DNA from: Eledone cirrhosa
Lineage: Eukaryota
Assembly (NCBI GenBank): GCA_964016885.1
Contig: OZ024743.1
Location: forward strand, 363,258,001-363,322,000
Direction of reading: 5' to 3'
DNA length: 64,000 nucleotides
Part shown: positions 62,931 through 64,000 of the stretch, piece after piece
How the letters are laid out: each line of letters opens with the position of its first letter
Numbering within the stretch: the first letter of the stretch is position 1
Position numbers and translations under genes: made by a program
Notes under the pieces: model-generated
The model's input: the letters and a program-made list of their open reading frames with translations, nothing else
Databases searched by the model: none
What the model was told of the DNA's origin: nothing

Positions 62931-63084
62931 AGGGTGCGTGTGTATATATACATACATATAAGAAGGTGTTAATTAAATGAAAACCATAATCTTACAATTA
63001 ACCCCACCCACTCTACATATGCCATTCAAGCCAGTAACTAAATTTCGACACATCCAAATCTATACACCTGCCCACCCTGTAAAG

Positions 63085-64000
63085 AAAGGGTCGGCAACCC
63101 TCGGCTCGCGGGCCACATCCGGCCCTCGAATGATTTTTGTCCGGCCCGCCATCTTACACTGGACACTAATTATCTAATTAGTATCGAAAACAGATACAGT
63201 AGTTCACTTCAAGGTTGTGCCGACCTGATGCCCATCACAAATCGCTGCTCATACCGTATATATTTACAGATACCTTTGTAACATTATTATATTTTCCATT
63301 TATTATTATTTCCTCTTATCCATCTTTTTCTGGGCTTTCCACCAAGCATTATATCACCTGTATTATTATTTCCTGTGATTTCATGTATGTGTTTTTGTTC
63401 CAGTCAACAAACACAAATGTTGGCTGGAAGTATGCATTTTCGTCAGCGACTGAAAGGTATACTACCTTACGGTTCGTAGGACTCGCTTTTAAACCCATAT
63501 TGTCATTCAATAAAATCACTCGTGAATTATTGTCTTCGTTTTCCTGACCTTACCCCGGCACAAGGTAAAGCTGTCCTTGGAAAAATTACTTCGTTCCCTC
63601 CTCACCAGAGTATTTTCATTTGAGTTTGTTGTCTGGTGGTATAACAAATATACAGTGTGTATCTTTATTCGATAATAACCTTTATTTAATTATTTCTGAT
63701 AAATTGTGTGAATTATTATTATCAGAATTAGGCCAAAAGTGGTTTAAAAAAACAAGTGGCAACCCTCATCTAACAACGTCGTTAGAAACCTGGTTTTATA
63801 TAATTTATTCACAATTATCATATTTTATCGCATTACTGTGTTTGCATTTACATTTGTTTTCATTGTTTCTTATTTCTTTATTCTAATTATTATACTTTTT
63901 GTTCTTTTTCCTTTCCATAAATCTTTTTTGTTTGAACAAAAACAAGCCCATGGAAGCTAAGAAAAGAAAAGTGGATTTGGAGTGCCGAACTTTTAACGAT
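63085..64000 (+). mobile_element. Left end of a hAT (Charlie/SPIN-like) DNA transposon; the transposase starts at 63950 and runs off the window
   Basis: Terminus-like agggtcggcaacc...cgcgggccacatccggccc...tccggcccgc. The ATG at 63950 gives MEAKKRKVDLECRTFND, which resembles the KRKxDxECRxF start of SPIN/GTF2IRD2-type transposases. Confidence 0.7.

Overview
This is a eukaryotic, AT- and microsatellite-rich window in which I found no host gene. The SINE and microsatellite signature resembles octopus/cephalopod DNA (inference). Almost all interpretable sequence is transposon-derived. There are two copies of a Naiad-type Penelope-like element (PLE), at 1-4068 and ~55140-58310, the second with RT, a CxC-x5-CP-x4-C zinc-finger linker and GIY-YIG. 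Decayed CRE, R4/Dong, Tx1/L1, CR1/L2 and RTE non-LTR elements are present, together with many tRNA-derived SINEs, a Helitron-like non-autonomous element and the left end of a hAT (Charlie/SPIN-like) transposon. A 57-copy 70-bp satellite has nested higher-order structure, and bipartite RTE-derived units with (TGTA)n tails form a cluster. The most striking hidden layer is a set of several sequence-unrelated short non-coding elements embedded in (TA)n. They carry minimal type-I hammerhead ribozyme folds with palindromic stem III, often form head-to-head palindromes, and share a GAGTRCY motif downstream of the ribozyme. This looks like a Naiad-mobilised retrozyme-like system. All calls come from reading the sequence by eye, and coordinates of decayed elements are approximate.
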